Of a stretch of 32,000 nucleotides of DNA, positions 1-9,755 are shown in pieces; the first letter of the stretch is position 1, and each line of letters opens with the position of its first letter. A model generated the notes under the pieces. That model did not search any database and had not been told where the DNA came from. It saw only the letters and a list, made by a program, of their open reading frames with translations. The DNA comes from Edaphobacter aggregans. GTDB lineage: Bacteria; Acidobacteriota; Terriglobia; Terriglobales; Acidobacteriaceae. The position numbers and the translations under genes are program-made. The stretch spans positions 5,280,001-5,312,000 of the forward strand of contig NZ_RSDW01000001.1 in NCBI RefSeq assembly GCF_003945235.1, written 5' to 3'.

Positions 1-337
1 TTTGACCGAGAGTGAACTCCGTGGAATAACACATTCAGTCGATGCGGGGGGATGCATTGGTGTCCACAACTCTATTTCCCGGTGGATGGTCGGGAACCAT
101 TCCCTAGTCCGACAACATCCGGATAGCCCGTGACTCGGCCCGCAATCAGAACCGCCGCAAGCGAGACGATCGCGGGCGCTCTCAGGACTGACGTAAGAAC
201 TTGAATGTTGCCCTGCGCACAGTCATTTGATCTAGATCGATCTGGCGAATCGAAGGCCATAGAAGTGCCCGCGACTCACCTGGATCACGCCTGCTCGGAA
301 TTATCGGGCGAAAAGAAGGATTCAGAAGTCTTCAGGA

Positions 338-862
338 TTATCGTCTGAATCTCCCGGCGAGGGCCGAGTACATCGTGCCGCCAAACAGCGAGGGCCGTGT
401 CGCCAATCTCTCCACGCGCTCCACTCCTGCCTCGCTGAAGAGTTGGCGGAGTCTTTCGAAGCCGACCGGATATGGTCCCCATCTATTCGGCCTGGGTCGT
501 TCATACTCCACGATCAAAAAGCAATCTGCCACAGACACAAGCCTTCTCAGCAATGCCTGCTGCTCTTGAATGAAGTGCAGTGTATTTGCCATGAGAATTC
601 CGTCGACCGGTGGGAGACGGAGGCTTGAGCTCTGCAGATCCCCAACGATCTTACGAATCTCCACTCCATCGTGCTGGTCTGGAATTCCCTCCAGAGTTCT
701 CCGGTCCAAATCGACTGCATAGATCGTGCTGCCGGGAGCCAGTAACTGAGCCAGAGCCACCGTGAATGTTCCGCTTCCTGAACCAAGATCACACCATGAT
801 TGAGGTCGCGCCCATTCAATGAGTGGGGTACGAATGAGCGCCGTAGCCTCAGTGATCTTCAT
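338..862 (-). CDS. class I SAM-dependent methyltransferase
   Basis: 174-aa ORF. It has a glycine-rich SAM motif (DLGSGSGTFTVAL) followed by an acidic strand end (IYAVDLD), typical of Rossmann-fold methyltransferases. Confidence 0.8.
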   Translation of the reverse strand: MKITEATALIRTPLIEWARPQSWCDLGSGSGTFTVALAQLLAPGSTIYAVDLDRRTLEGIPDQHDGVEIRKIVGDLQSSSLRLPPVDGILMANTLHFIQEQQALLRRLVSVADCFLIVEYERPRPNRWGPYPVGFERLRQLFSEAGVERVERLATRPSLFGGTMYSALAGRFRR

Positions 863-1055
863 CTATTGACGGTACTTCAATAGGCGGGGTACCCGGCGTG
901 GGCGGGAGGTGTGCCTCAATAAGTGAATTGGCGATTTCGCGTCGATTGAGAACAGACAACACCGGCGATCTCCCGTACGTTTGATTTTGTTCGACACTTT
1001 TTTAGGCTTAGGGGACAACTGAGACTCAGTTGGTAATAGCAGAGGGGCAACTGCC

Positions 1056-2981
1056 TTAGTTGTCCAGCAACCCCGTCTTCTTCACAATTTCGGTAAAGCG
1101 CGGGTCGCTGCGCATCGGGTCGAAGATGGGGTCGAGTCTCATAAAGTAGGTTCTGGTGTTCCAGTTCACATTGGCGGCCAAGTCAAGCTCGGCCAGTCCG
1201 GCATCGTGATCACCGATGAGGTATCGCGCGACCGCCGAGTGAGGATTGACCATCGAGGGGTTGGCGTTCAATATCTTGCGGGCCTCCGTGAAGTTGCCCT
1301 CGCGCGCGTAAATCAAGGCTTGGATTGCCGGACTCATCAGACCACTCTTTCGGTAAGCGTCTTCGGCTTCACGAAAGTGACCGGTCTCCACGAGGTCTTT
1401 GGCTAGCGTGAGGTAGCTGGGCAGATGGTTGGGTTCGAGTTCGAGAGCCCGCTGCACAATCACGAGCGACTCGTCGAACCGGTGTGTCACATAGAGGATG
1501 GCGGCGTAGTAGCGCAAGCAGTAGACGGCGACGGGGTTGTTTTCTGCCATCTCTCGGCTGATACGAACGGCCTCATCGCCACGGCCTTTTTCGGTAAGGA
1601 GGAGAGCCAGATAGGTTGTGGCGTAAGGATTGTTGCTATCAAGCTCGATAGCCCGGCGCAGCGCGATCTCTCCCTCGTTCCAGCGGCGGGCCTGCATAAG
1701 TGAGTGACCGAGAGCCGTATACGCCTCTGACGAGGAGGGGTCGAGACTTACTGCCTTCTGAGAGTAGGCGAGTGCTTTCGCAGAGTTTTCCTTGTTGCCG
1801 CTTCCCTGTATGCCTCCAAACACACCATCAACGCCCCAAGCCTCGCCGAGAATGCCGTATGCAGCTGCAAAGTTAGGGTCGAGCTGGATCGCATGCTCGA
1901 GGTGAGGGATCGCCTTGCCGGGTTGTTCCTGGCCGATGAAGAATCGGCCGCGAAGATATTCGTCATGAGCCTCGGGATTGATGCGGCTCTCCAATTTGAG
2001 CTTGGTCTGTTCGGCGGGAGTCAATCGGGCGCGAATCTGCGAAACGGCATCGGCGGCGATTTGGTTCTGTAGGGTGATGACATCGCTGAGATTTCGCTCA
2101 TAAGAAGCGGCCCACAACTGTCGCTCTGGACTAGCAGAAGTCAGGTGAATGGTCGTGCGGACGACATCGCCCGCGCGAAGCACGGTCCCCTGAATCACTG
2201 CGTCGACGTGCAACTGCTCCGCAATCTGCGGAACCGAGAGTTGCGAGTTCTTGAAGTGAATTGTTGATTCGCGGGAGATGACGCGCAGCGATCGGACGTA
2301 GGAGAGGTCGGTGATTAGCTGCTCGGTCATGCCGTCGGAAAAGTATTCCTGCTCGGGATCGCTGGATAGGTTGACCAGGGGAAGGACAGCTACCGACTGA
2401 ATTACCGGACGGAAACCGAGCCAACTCAGGCCAATCTGGTATCTGGCCCGCACTGCGGGAACCATCGCGAGTGCAATAGCCGTCGCAATCCCGGCGCCGG
2501 AGATAGTGAGCACAAACCAAAGACGATACCTGCTCCTCCTTTTCCCGTTCTCCCTCCCTGGATCAATAACGTGATCAAGAGCTGGAAGAGGCGTTTCGGC
2601 CGGCTCGGCAGCAGCGGGCGCTGCCGGAGCCATTACAACCTCGTCCAGGATCACGATCGGGGCAATGAATCGATAGCCCATTCCCGTGACGGTCTGGATA
2701 AAGCGGGGATCGTCTGGGTCGTCGTGGAGCAGGTGGCGAAGCTTTCGGATGGCGGTGTTGATGCCATGTTCTGTGTCTACAAAAACGCCCGAGGACCAGA
2801 GCTGCTCGGCAATTTCGGTGCGCGTGACCAGCTGCCCTTCACGGGACGCAAGCAGAATGAGGAGCTCCATCGGCTTGCGCTCGAGGCGCACGATCCGGTC
2901 TCCGCAGCGCAGCTCGAAGCGGCCGCAATGAAGCTGAAAGTCGTCGAACTGCAGAATCGAACCGGACAAGGCGCTGAGCAA
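1056..2981 (-). CDS. membrane-anchored winged-helix (OmpR/CadC-type) transcriptional regulator with C-terminal TPR domain
   Basis: The ORF is open to 3008, but the preferred TTG start at 2981 lies 5 nt after GGAGG. The N-terminus (FELRCGDRIVRLERKPMELLILLASREGQLVTRTEIAEQLW...GYRF) is a winged-helix trans_reg_C pattern. There is one TM helix (WFVLTISGAGIATAIALAMV). The C-terminal half has repeated TPR-like units (AIxLDPN, ALELEPN). Confidence 0.85.
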   Translation of the reverse strand: MLSALSGSILQFDDFQLHCGRFELRCGDRIVRLERKPMELLILLASREGQLVTRTEIAEQLWSSGVFVDTEHGINTAIRKLRHLLHDDPDDPRFIQTVTGMGYRFIAPIVILDEVVMAPAAPAAAEPAETPLPALDHVIDPGRENGKRRSRYRLWFVLTISGAGIATAIALAMVPAVRARYQIGLSWLGFRPVIQSVAVLPLVNLSSDPEQEYFSDGMTEQLITDLSYVRSLRVISRESTIHFKNSQLSVPQIAEQLHVDAVIQGTVLRAGDVVRTTIHLTSASPERQLWAASYERNLSDVITLQNQIAADAVSQIRARLTPAEQTKLKLESRINPEAHDEYLRGRFFIGQEQPGKAIPHLEHAIQLDPNFAAAYGILGEAWGVDGVFGGIQGSGNKENSAKALAYSQKAVSLDPSSSEAYTALGHSLMQARRWNEGEIALRRAIELDSNNPYATTYLALLLTEKGRGDEAVRISREMAENNPVAVYCLRYYAAILYVTHRFDESLVIVQRALELEPNHLPSYLTLAKDLVETGHFREAEDAYRKSGLMSPAIQALIYAREGNFTEARKILNANPSMVNPHSAVARYLIGDHDAGLAELDLAANVNWNTRTYFMRLDPIFDPMRSDPRFTEIVKKTGLLDN

Positions 2982-3154
2982 GAGCACCTCCGCAAAAAGT
3001 ATACACAAGCCAGTGGCGGGAAACCCCCAGATTCAAAGGGCTTGGCAGTTCACCAAAACTTCACCTGCTGGTTTACCTCCTCTTCATTGCCTTCCAGCAC
3101 GAATCGCGGTTTGCTTCGGGTGTAAGCCGGCAGGTGCCCGGCTGAGGAGGAAAC

Positions 3155-3781
3155 ATGAAAACGCGATTCTTGAGATCGGCGCCAGTTGCGGTTGCCCTGG
3201 CGTTTGCTTTGGTGATGATTCCAAACGCACTGGGACAGTGCCTGTTGTCAAAAAAGGTGGTGAAACCGGCAAGCTGGAGCAGTTCGCATCTTGCCGGCCA
3301 GCGTCTGGTGCGCTCAGCGTTTCTCAAACCGAATGACGACGACGACGACCCATCGATTGTAGGGATGTGGCATGTGGTGTTTACGGCGCAGACACTCAAC
3401 GGAGCTTCCGTCAATATGGTGATCGACGACGCCATCGCGGTCTGGCACAAGGATGGCACCGAGATCATGAATTCTTCCAGGCCGGCGCAGGACGGAAACT
3501 TCTGTCTTGGTGTCTGGGCCAAAACCGGGAAATCGAAGTACCACCTAAATCACATTCCCTGGGCAGGAAACGACCCGGCAAATGCACCGTACGGCATCGG
3601 AAACCCTCAGGCCGGGGTGCAACTGATTGAGCATGTCACTCTCAGCCCAGACGGAAACAGCTATTCCGGAATGTTCACTCTTACGGCTTACGACTCAAAC
3701 AAACAACCATCCGTGACATTTACGGGCGTGCTCACGGCGAAGCGTATCACTACGAATACCCCCATCACGGAACTGTTCTGA
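3155..3781 (+). CDS. secreted hypothetical protein
   Basis: GAGGAGG RBS lies 5 nt upstream of the ATG. The signal peptide is MKTRFLRSAPVAVALAFALVMIPNALGQ. I recognise no family. Confidence 0.6.
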   Translation: MKTRFLRSAPVAVALAFALVMIPNALGQCLLSKKVVKPASWSSSHLAGQRLVRSAFLKPNDDDDDPSIVGMWHVVFTAQTLNGASVNMVIDDAIAVWHKDGTEIMNSSRPAQDGNFCLGVWAKTGKSKYHLNHIPWAGNDPANAPYGIGNPQAGVQLIEHVTLSPDGNSYSGMFTLTAYDSNKQPSVTFTGVLTAKRITTNTPITELF

Positions 3782-3877
3782 CAACCGGCGAAAAAGCGGT
3801 TGAGAACATCAACCGCTTTGCATTCACCCTCGGTGTTACTCCTCATTTTTCACGAAGCACTGCTCATGGAGGCATCC

Positions 3878-5314
3878 ATGCAACGACCCACTCCGGCTGT
3901 CCCACTCACCTGCCTTGCCCTTCTCTCCGCCTGCCTATGGCTCGCCGGCGGATGCGCCAGCCAACCCCCAACCGCCCAGCTCCTCCAGACCGGCACTACC
4001 CAGGGAACCACCAGCGGAGCCAGCACCCAGGGAACCACCTCTACCTGTACTGGCGCCTGCACCCCATACATTTATCTTGCTCCATGGTCCGTTGGACTGA
4101 AACCCGGAGCCAGCGCCACGTTTTCGTCCATCGTCTACAACTACAACCCGGCCGATCACACCTACAACGTGGACGATCACATCGTGACCTGGACCATCAA
4201 AGAAGGCCCAGGCGGTGGAACTATCACCGACACCGGAGTCTACACCGCTCCTTTGACTGAGGGTGTCTACCACGTCACAGCGACATCCAAAGCCAACTCC
4301 GCTTTGAGCCAAACCGCCACCATCGCGGTCACCGCCACGGAATTCACCGTGAGCGACAGCACGTCCATCTTGAGGTGGGGCCACACTGCATCGTTGCTGC
4401 CCAGCGGGCAGGTCTTCATCGCCGGCGGAGAGGATGATGACTACGGTTTCGCTGATCCGGCCGAACTCTACGATCCGGCCATAGATACCTTCCACTCTGC
4501 CGGACAAGTGTCCCGTATCCAACATACCGCCACCGTACTTGCTAACGGCGACGTTCTACTGGCAGGTGGCTACGGTCTACTGGCAGGGGCCTACGCTCCG
4601 ATGGGTACGGCCGACCTTCTCAAAGCCGGAGGCGGCATGATTCAACCAACCGGAAGCATGAACACTCCGCGCTCCAGTCATACAGCCACTCTGCTTCTGG
4701 ACGGCCGGGTGTTGCTCGCCGGTGGCTCACCTGACGGCGCAAAACCGACGCAGACCGCCGAGCTCTACGACCCGGCATCGGGCAAGTTCACGCCGGCAGG
4801 AGACATGACCACTCCACGCTCAGGCCATTCGGCTACCCTGCTCCCGAATGGAAGGGTATTGATCGTAGGCGGTGCGGCCGCCAAGGCAGAGCTCTATGAT
4901 CCGGCAACACACTCCTTCCTTCCAGTGCCCGGTGTTTCTGTCAACCGCTGCCTAGCCTCGGCAACGCTGCTGGCTGATGGCAGAGTACTGATCGCCGGCG
5001 GAAGCGATTGTTCCAAGACCTATCTGGACACGGCCGAGATCTACGATCCCGCGACCGGACAGTCCACTCCAACAGGGAAGCTCGTAGCCGCACAGGGCTA
5101 CCATACCGCCACCCTCCTGCGCGATGGCCGTGTCCTGCTCGTGGGCGGCAGCGTCGAGAATTTAAGCCAGTTCTACGATCCCGCAACAGGTTCATTCACC
5201 TTCGGCCCTCATCTGATGAACCCGAGGTTCGGTCATACCGCCACCCTTCTGCCCGACGGCAGCCTCCTCATCGCCGGCGGCAGCGAAAGTGGGCACGCCG
5301 AGTTCTACAAGTAA
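3878..5314 (+). CDS. Kelch-repeat beta-propeller lipoprotein with N-terminal Ig-like domain
   Basis: The ATG at 3878 lies 5 nt after GGAGG (the ORF is open from 3800). Lipobox is LAGGC. An Ig-like segment (TWTIKEGPGGGTITDTGVYTAP..YHVTATS) is followed by 7 or more repeats of the HTATLLxDGRVLxAGG Kelch pattern. Confidence 0.85.
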   Translation: MQRPTPAVPLTCLALLSACLWLAGGCASQPPTAQLLQTGTTQGTTSGASTQGTTSTCTGACTPYIYLAPWSVGLKPGASATFSSIVYNYNPADHTYNVDDHIVTWTIKEGPGGGTITDTGVYTAPLTEGVYHVTATSKANSALSQTATIAVTATEFTVSDSTSILRWGHTASLLPSGQVFIAGGEDDDYGFADPAELYDPAIDTFHSAGQVSRIQHTATVLANGDVLLAGGYGLLAGAYAPMGTADLLKAGGGMIQPTGSMNTPRSSHTATLLLDGRVLLAGGSPDGAKPTQTAELYDPASGKFTPAGDMTTPRSGHSATLLPNGRVLIVGGAAAKAELYDPATHSFLPVPGVSVNRCLASATLLADGRVLIAGGSDCSKTYLDTAEIYDPATGQSTPTGKLVAAQGYHTATLLRDGRVLLVGGSVENLSQFYDPATGSFTFGPHLMNPRFGHTATLLPDGSLLIAGGSESGHAEFYK

Positions 5315-5379
5315 GTCCGGGGTGCAAACCAGTACAGCCGGCAGTCATTTTATGCAAAGCACCGATTTCCGAGGCACCT

Positions 5380-5681
5380 ATGCAAAGACCTTGCGCGACT
5401 CTCACCCTGCCTTGCCCTTCTTTGTTCCTGCCTGTTGCTTGCCGGCGGATGTGCCAACAAGCCAACGCTCCCTGAAAGCAGCACTCAGGGAACCACCACC
5501 GGGACGAACACCACGCCCCCATCCTCCCAGAGAATGGGGCGGGAACGATCTACATCAGTGCGACCGTGCCAACGGGGCGGGAAGGGTATGGGAGTTCCCG
5601 GTGGACGCGTCGGGCAGCGTAGCTCCGTTGAATCTGCTCACCTGGGATGGTGAGAACAATGGCGGAATCGCCGTGCATTAG
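5380..5681 (+). pseudogene. decayed chimeric remnant: lipoprotein signal plus C-terminal tail of the NHL-like gene family
   Basis: DNA at 5380-5470 is homologous to the signal/linker region of the gene at 3878, with 1-nt indels that break the frame. The tail (VWEFPVDASGSVAPLNLLTWDGENNGGIAVH*) parallels the tail of the 7030-8060 gene. The reading is spread over three frames. Confidence 0.5.
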
Positions 5682-5725
5682 CAAACGGGCCTCGATTCGA
5701 ATTCTTTTTTGAAAGGGAGATTGAC

Positions 5726-6931
5726 ATGAAAAAACTCAGTTCAAGCATTTGCATCCTCTTGTGGCTGATTGGGCTTCTCAGCCCCGCTGCCGTGGCTCAG
5801 ATGATTCAGATATCGAATGTCGAAGAGCTATACAGTGCGGTCAACGATCCGGCAAACACAGGTGCCTCTCTCGTACTTGCCCCTGGAACTTACATGCTCT
5901 CGGCCACCGATTCGAAGGGCGCAGCGCGGCCAAACGGAGGACGGATCGAGTTGCAGATGGATATGTCGATGGTTGGTGTTGAAGGCGACAGAGACTCAGT
6001 GGTCATTAATGCGTCTGGCCTTCCGCTGAGTTCGTTTCCACCAACCGTGAACGGTGTGGTGACCGGCCCGAACGCAGCCGTAAGAATGGGTCTCGGCCAT
6101 AACGCACTCGAGTGGCTGACCGTTCGTGACGCAGTCAATGGCGGAGCAAATATCGACACTGGCCTGCAGGCATTCGATCCCGGGACCGCGTTCATTCGGG
6201 TGGCACACGTCGCCACTACCGGAGGGGCACGTGGTCTGAATATTCTGAACTTCGGGCCGCAGACTTCGGGTCAGACCATCGAGGCCGATATCGTCGATTG
6301 CTATTTCTTTAGCAACAACATCGCCCTCGCTGAAGGAATCCGCATAGGAAACTTTCAGGGAGCTCAAGGCAGCACGGTCAATGTACGCATGAACGGCAAT
6401 CTTTCCTGGGGACAGCAGATGGGCCGCTCAATCGTCAACAACCGGGCACAGAACTCGATGATTAGCGTCATCTCTTCCGGTAACCGGTTTTACGACAATG
6501 GCTTCGGAACGTTTGTCTTCGGCGGCTTGAGTGCGAACGGAACACGAGCGGACGGCAACACCATCGACTTCGAAGCGCACGGCGACCAATTCCTTGAAAA
6601 TACTGCTGCAAGCCAATTCGATCATGGCGGTCTCATCGTCGTTGGCGCTGAGAACGATTCTCCTACCGCAGGCGGTGGAAGCAACAATACAGTGAACGTT
6701 CGGCTCTGGGGTTGCCGCATGTCGGGCAATGCACTTCATGATCTGTACGGGGTCGGCGCACGGTCCAATTTTTTAGCGAACGGGGACCCATCACTCAGCC
6801 AGGACAATCACGTCACCATCGAGATCAAGGGCGCCGGTAACGGCAATGGCAGATGGCAGCCTGTGGAGCAATTTGCCGACAGCCTGCCCGGTCCGCCGGA
6901 CTACGGGAACTCAGTCACGGTAATTGATTAA
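5726..6931 (+). CDS. secreted protein, probable right-handed parallel beta-helix fold
   Basis: AGGGAG RBS and signal peptide MKKLSSSICILLWLIGLLSPAAVAQ. The body is G/N-rich with periodic short strands (NxxGN, GGxxxG) like pectin-lyase-fold proteins. The fold call is by pattern only. Confidence 0.6.
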   Translation: MKKLSSSICILLWLIGLLSPAAVAQMIQISNVEELYSAVNDPANTGASLVLAPGTYMLSATDSKGAARPNGGRIELQMDMSMVGVEGDRDSVVINASGLPLSSFPPTVNGVVTGPNAAVRMGLGHNALEWLTVRDAVNGGANIDTGLQAFDPGTAFIRVAHVATTGGARGLNILNFGPQTSGQTIEADIVDCYFFSNNIALAEGIRIGNFQGAQGSTVNVRMNGNLSWGQQMGRSIVNNRAQNSMISVISSGNRFYDNGFGTFVFGGLSANGTRADGNTIDFEAHGDQFLENTAASQFDHGGLIVVGAENDSPTAGGGSNNTVNVRLWGCRMSGNALHDLYGVGARSNFLANGDPSLSQDNHVTIEIKGAGNGNGRWQPVEQFADSLPGPPDYGNSVTVID

Positions 6932-7029
6932 GCCGCACGCGAGTGTGAATGCGCGAGTGCTCTTCAAGAGCGCAACGCCCGCTGCCTTTCAAAGCGCTCC
7001 TTCAAAGAGACGTCTTCTGGAGAGCTACG

Positions 7030-8060
7030 ATGCCTGGTTCAAGAAATTTTCGCATTGCGGTGATGGCAGCAGGAGTGCTTCTGCTAGTTGGGTGCGCAGG
7101 AAGCGCGCCGGTCTTAACGGTGGTGGAGGCACAACAGTGTTAGCAAGTGGTGGGGGCACACTACCACCACCATCTCCTCCTCCGCGCATCACTTACCCGA
7201 GCGTATTTGTGACGGACTACGACACCACACCCGCCACCGTCGTCGTGCTGGGTTCAACTGACATGGAGGTGTTGAGGTTTCCGGGCTTCGGGCCAGCAGT
7301 GGACGGAGCCGGGAACATTTATGTCCTGACCTGTTTGCACGGTTATAAGAACTGTACTTCATCGAGTATCAACGTTTACTCTCCCGAGCCGTTCCAGATT
7401 GTGCGGTCTTTGCCAGTGGGCCCAGGAACTAGGATTTCGCACGTGTACGACATGACCGTGAGCGCAGTGGGGGAGGTCTTCGTCAATGACGGCAATAATA
7501 TCGGCATCTTCAGCCCAACGGCCAACGGGGACGTCGATCCAGTGCGCTGCATCGAGGGGCAGTTTCTGAGTTTTGGTTTCTACTACCAAGCCATGACCGT
7601 TGACGTCACGGGGAACCTGTATGTTCCCTTCAGCGAAGGGATCGCAGTATTTGGACCAAAGGATACGGGCATGGCCGCTCCGTCGAGAGTAATTAACGTG
7701 CATGCGGGACAGCTTGCAACCGACAGTCAAGGGAATCTTTATGTCCTGGGCTACGCGCAACGAACCGATGGGTTGAATCCCTTTGGTGTCTCCGAGTACG
7801 CCGCGACGGCTAGTGGCAATGCAGTCCCGCTTCGTTACATCACGTCTCGGATATGGATACCACCGGATGGAACGATATCCCCGGCATTGCACTGGATGCG
7901 GCGGGGACGATCTACGTGAGCGACAACGTTCCACTACGGCACCAACCAATGGGGAGGACCGTGCGTGTGGGTGTTCCCACCGGCCGCATCGGGGACCGTC
8001 GCGCCTTTGAAGACGCTAACGTGGAAAGGAGAGAACAACGGAGGGATCGCCATCCACTAG
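7030..8060 (+). pseudogene. NHL-type beta-propeller lipoprotein, disrupted by about three frameshifts
   Basis: The lipoprotein signal (MPGSRNFRIAVMAAGVLLLVGCAGS) is in one frame and stops at 7143. The body, with NHL-like repeats (GAGNIYVLT, VGEVFVND, TGNLYVP, SQGNLYVLG), is in the frame of ORF 6924..7919. The segment GIALDAAGTIYVSDN is in a third frame (7853..). The tail returns to the body frame and ends in GTVAPLKTLTWKGENNGGIAIH* at 8060. Confidence 0.6.
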
Positions 8061-8194
8061 CAAATGGTCATATCAGCCGCATTCCATGGCATGAGGCGAG
8101 GAACTGACAACAAGGAACTGCATGTATGGCTGCGGTAGAAGAATGCCCGGAAATGCAGAACGAGAGGCATGTGGGTATCCGGTTGGGAGGATGT

Positions 8195-9595
8195 ATGAAA
8201 ACACGCTGTCTTCTCACTATTTCGCCTTTTCTTTTCGCTTTGTTTGCGATTGGATGCAGCCAGTCGCAGCTCCAGCCTCAGCCCCAGCCCCCCAGCCCTA
8301 CGCCATCGGCCTTACCCGTGACGATCGAGCCGCAGTCTGTGGTGATGAAACATGGCGACCGCTGGACCTTTGCTGCCAGCAACGTGAGCGGCGCCGCGTC
8401 AGTGAACTGGAGCATTCAGGAGGGTTCGGCGGGCGGAGCCATCAGTAGTGACGGAGTTTACACCGCTCCGGCGATCGATGGTGTTTATCACGTTATGGCT
8501 ACCTCCAAGGCGGACCCTTCGAAGAGTGCAACAGCTACGGTTAGTGTCGGAGGTCACGGGTTCGCATTGACCAGCAGTTTAAGGACCCCAAGGTATCTCC
8601 ACACAGCGACGTTGCTCCCGAACGGCCTGGTTTATGTCGCAGGCGGAGAAACACAGCTCGATTACGATGTTGCACTCGCAGATCGGGCAGAGCTGTTCAA
8701 TCCGGCTATGGGTGCATTCGAGCCCACGGGACAGGTCGCACGTGAGTTGCATGCCGCAACTCTTCTCCAAAATGGTGACGTCTTGTTTACGGGTGGCATC
8801 ACTGGTGAATCGCCGTCTGGTATCGTTCTGACAGGTACAGCCGAGCTTCTGAAGGCGGGAAGCGCGTCGCTCCAACCCACCAGAAACATGGGCTTTCAAC
8901 GTTGCGGTCATAAGGCGACACTCCTGCCGGATGGCAGAGTGCTCATTACCGGAGGCTCTACTCAATCCGGAACGAAAATAGCAGCGACACGATCGGCTGA
9001 GATCTACGATCCCGCATCGGGTACGTTTATGCCCGTAGGCAACATGAGAGCAGCGCGGCAAAGTCATTCCGCCACTCTGCTTTTGACCGGTAAAGTACTT
9101 ATTACGGGAGGAGGCTCGGCCGACGCTGAGCTCTTTGATCCGGCAACGAATTCTTTTACGCCTGCCGGTAGCACGTCGTCGCCTGGAAGTATGACGACTT
9201 TGCTTGCCGATGGAAGAGCCCTGATCACAGACGGTTCCACCGCGCAATCCCAACTATACGATCCCGTCGCAGGCCAATTTACGTCCACCGGTGCCATGGC
9301 GACAAGTCGGTCTAATTACACTGCCAACCTTTTGCCCGACGGTACGGTCCTGATCGCGGGAGGCTACATACAGGTTGCGACATCTACCCCAGGCACGTTC
9401 AGCATTGTTCCAGTTACATCCACGGAAATTTACAGTCTTGCGACTGGATCCTTCACTCCTGGTCCGACGATGCGCCAGGGGCGACATGGGCATACCGCGA
9501 CTCTGTTGCCTGACGGTGGTGTTCTTTTCGTTGGAGGAATAGGACCTTGCTGTTCTCTTTCCACACCTCTTGCAAGTGCAGAGATCTACCGCTGA
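8195..9595 (+). CDS. Kelch-repeat beta-propeller lipoprotein with N-terminal Ig-like domain (paralog of 3878..5314)
   Basis: The ATG at 8195 lies 4 nt after GGAGG. Lipobox is AIGC. The Ig-like segment (NWSIQEGSAGGAISSDGVYTAP..YHVMATS) and the repeated HxATLLPDGxVLxxGG units match the 3878 gene. Confidence 0.85.
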   Translation: MKTRCLLTISPFLFALFAIGCSQSQLQPQPQPPSPTPSALPVTIEPQSVVMKHGDRWTFAASNVSGAASVNWSIQEGSAGGAISSDGVYTAPAIDGVYHVMATSKADPSKSATATVSVGGHGFALTSSLRTPRYLHTATLLPNGLVYVAGGETQLDYDVALADRAELFNPAMGAFEPTGQVARELHAATLLQNGDVLFTGGITGESPSGIVLTGTAELLKAGSASLQPTRNMGFQRCGHKATLLPDGRVLITGGSTQSGTKIAATRSAEIYDPASGTFMPVGNMRAARQSHSATLLLTGKVLITGGGSADAELFDPATNSFTPAGSTSSPGSMTTLLADGRALITDGSTAQSQLYDPVAGQFTSTGAMATSRSNYTANLLPDGTVLIAGGYIQVATSTPGTFSIVPVTSTEIYSLATGSFTPGPTMRQGRHGHTATLLPDGGVLFVGGIGPCCSLSTPLASAEIYR

Positions 9596-9755
9596 GCGGG
9601 AGCCTCCCATGTCGAACTCCGTCCAGCCAATGTCCTGTAAGACTGTGGGACAGCAGCTAACTTCGAAATTGACTGGAACTACGCCTACCGAGATGTTAGT
9701 TTGCCGGTGTAGATTGGTTCCTCGGGGTTCCCAAACGAAAGATGACTTGAAGACC

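Noticed and set aside
72-260. 62-aa minus-strand ORF with one hydrophobic stretch
   Set aside because: It has no RBS and no motif, and it lies at the window edge. The evidence is insufficient.
7030-8060. Programmed ribosomal frameshifting in the NHL-like gene
   Set aside because: Three separate frame changes are needed, and no slippery heptamer or downstream structure is seen at any of them. Decay or sequencing error is far more likely.
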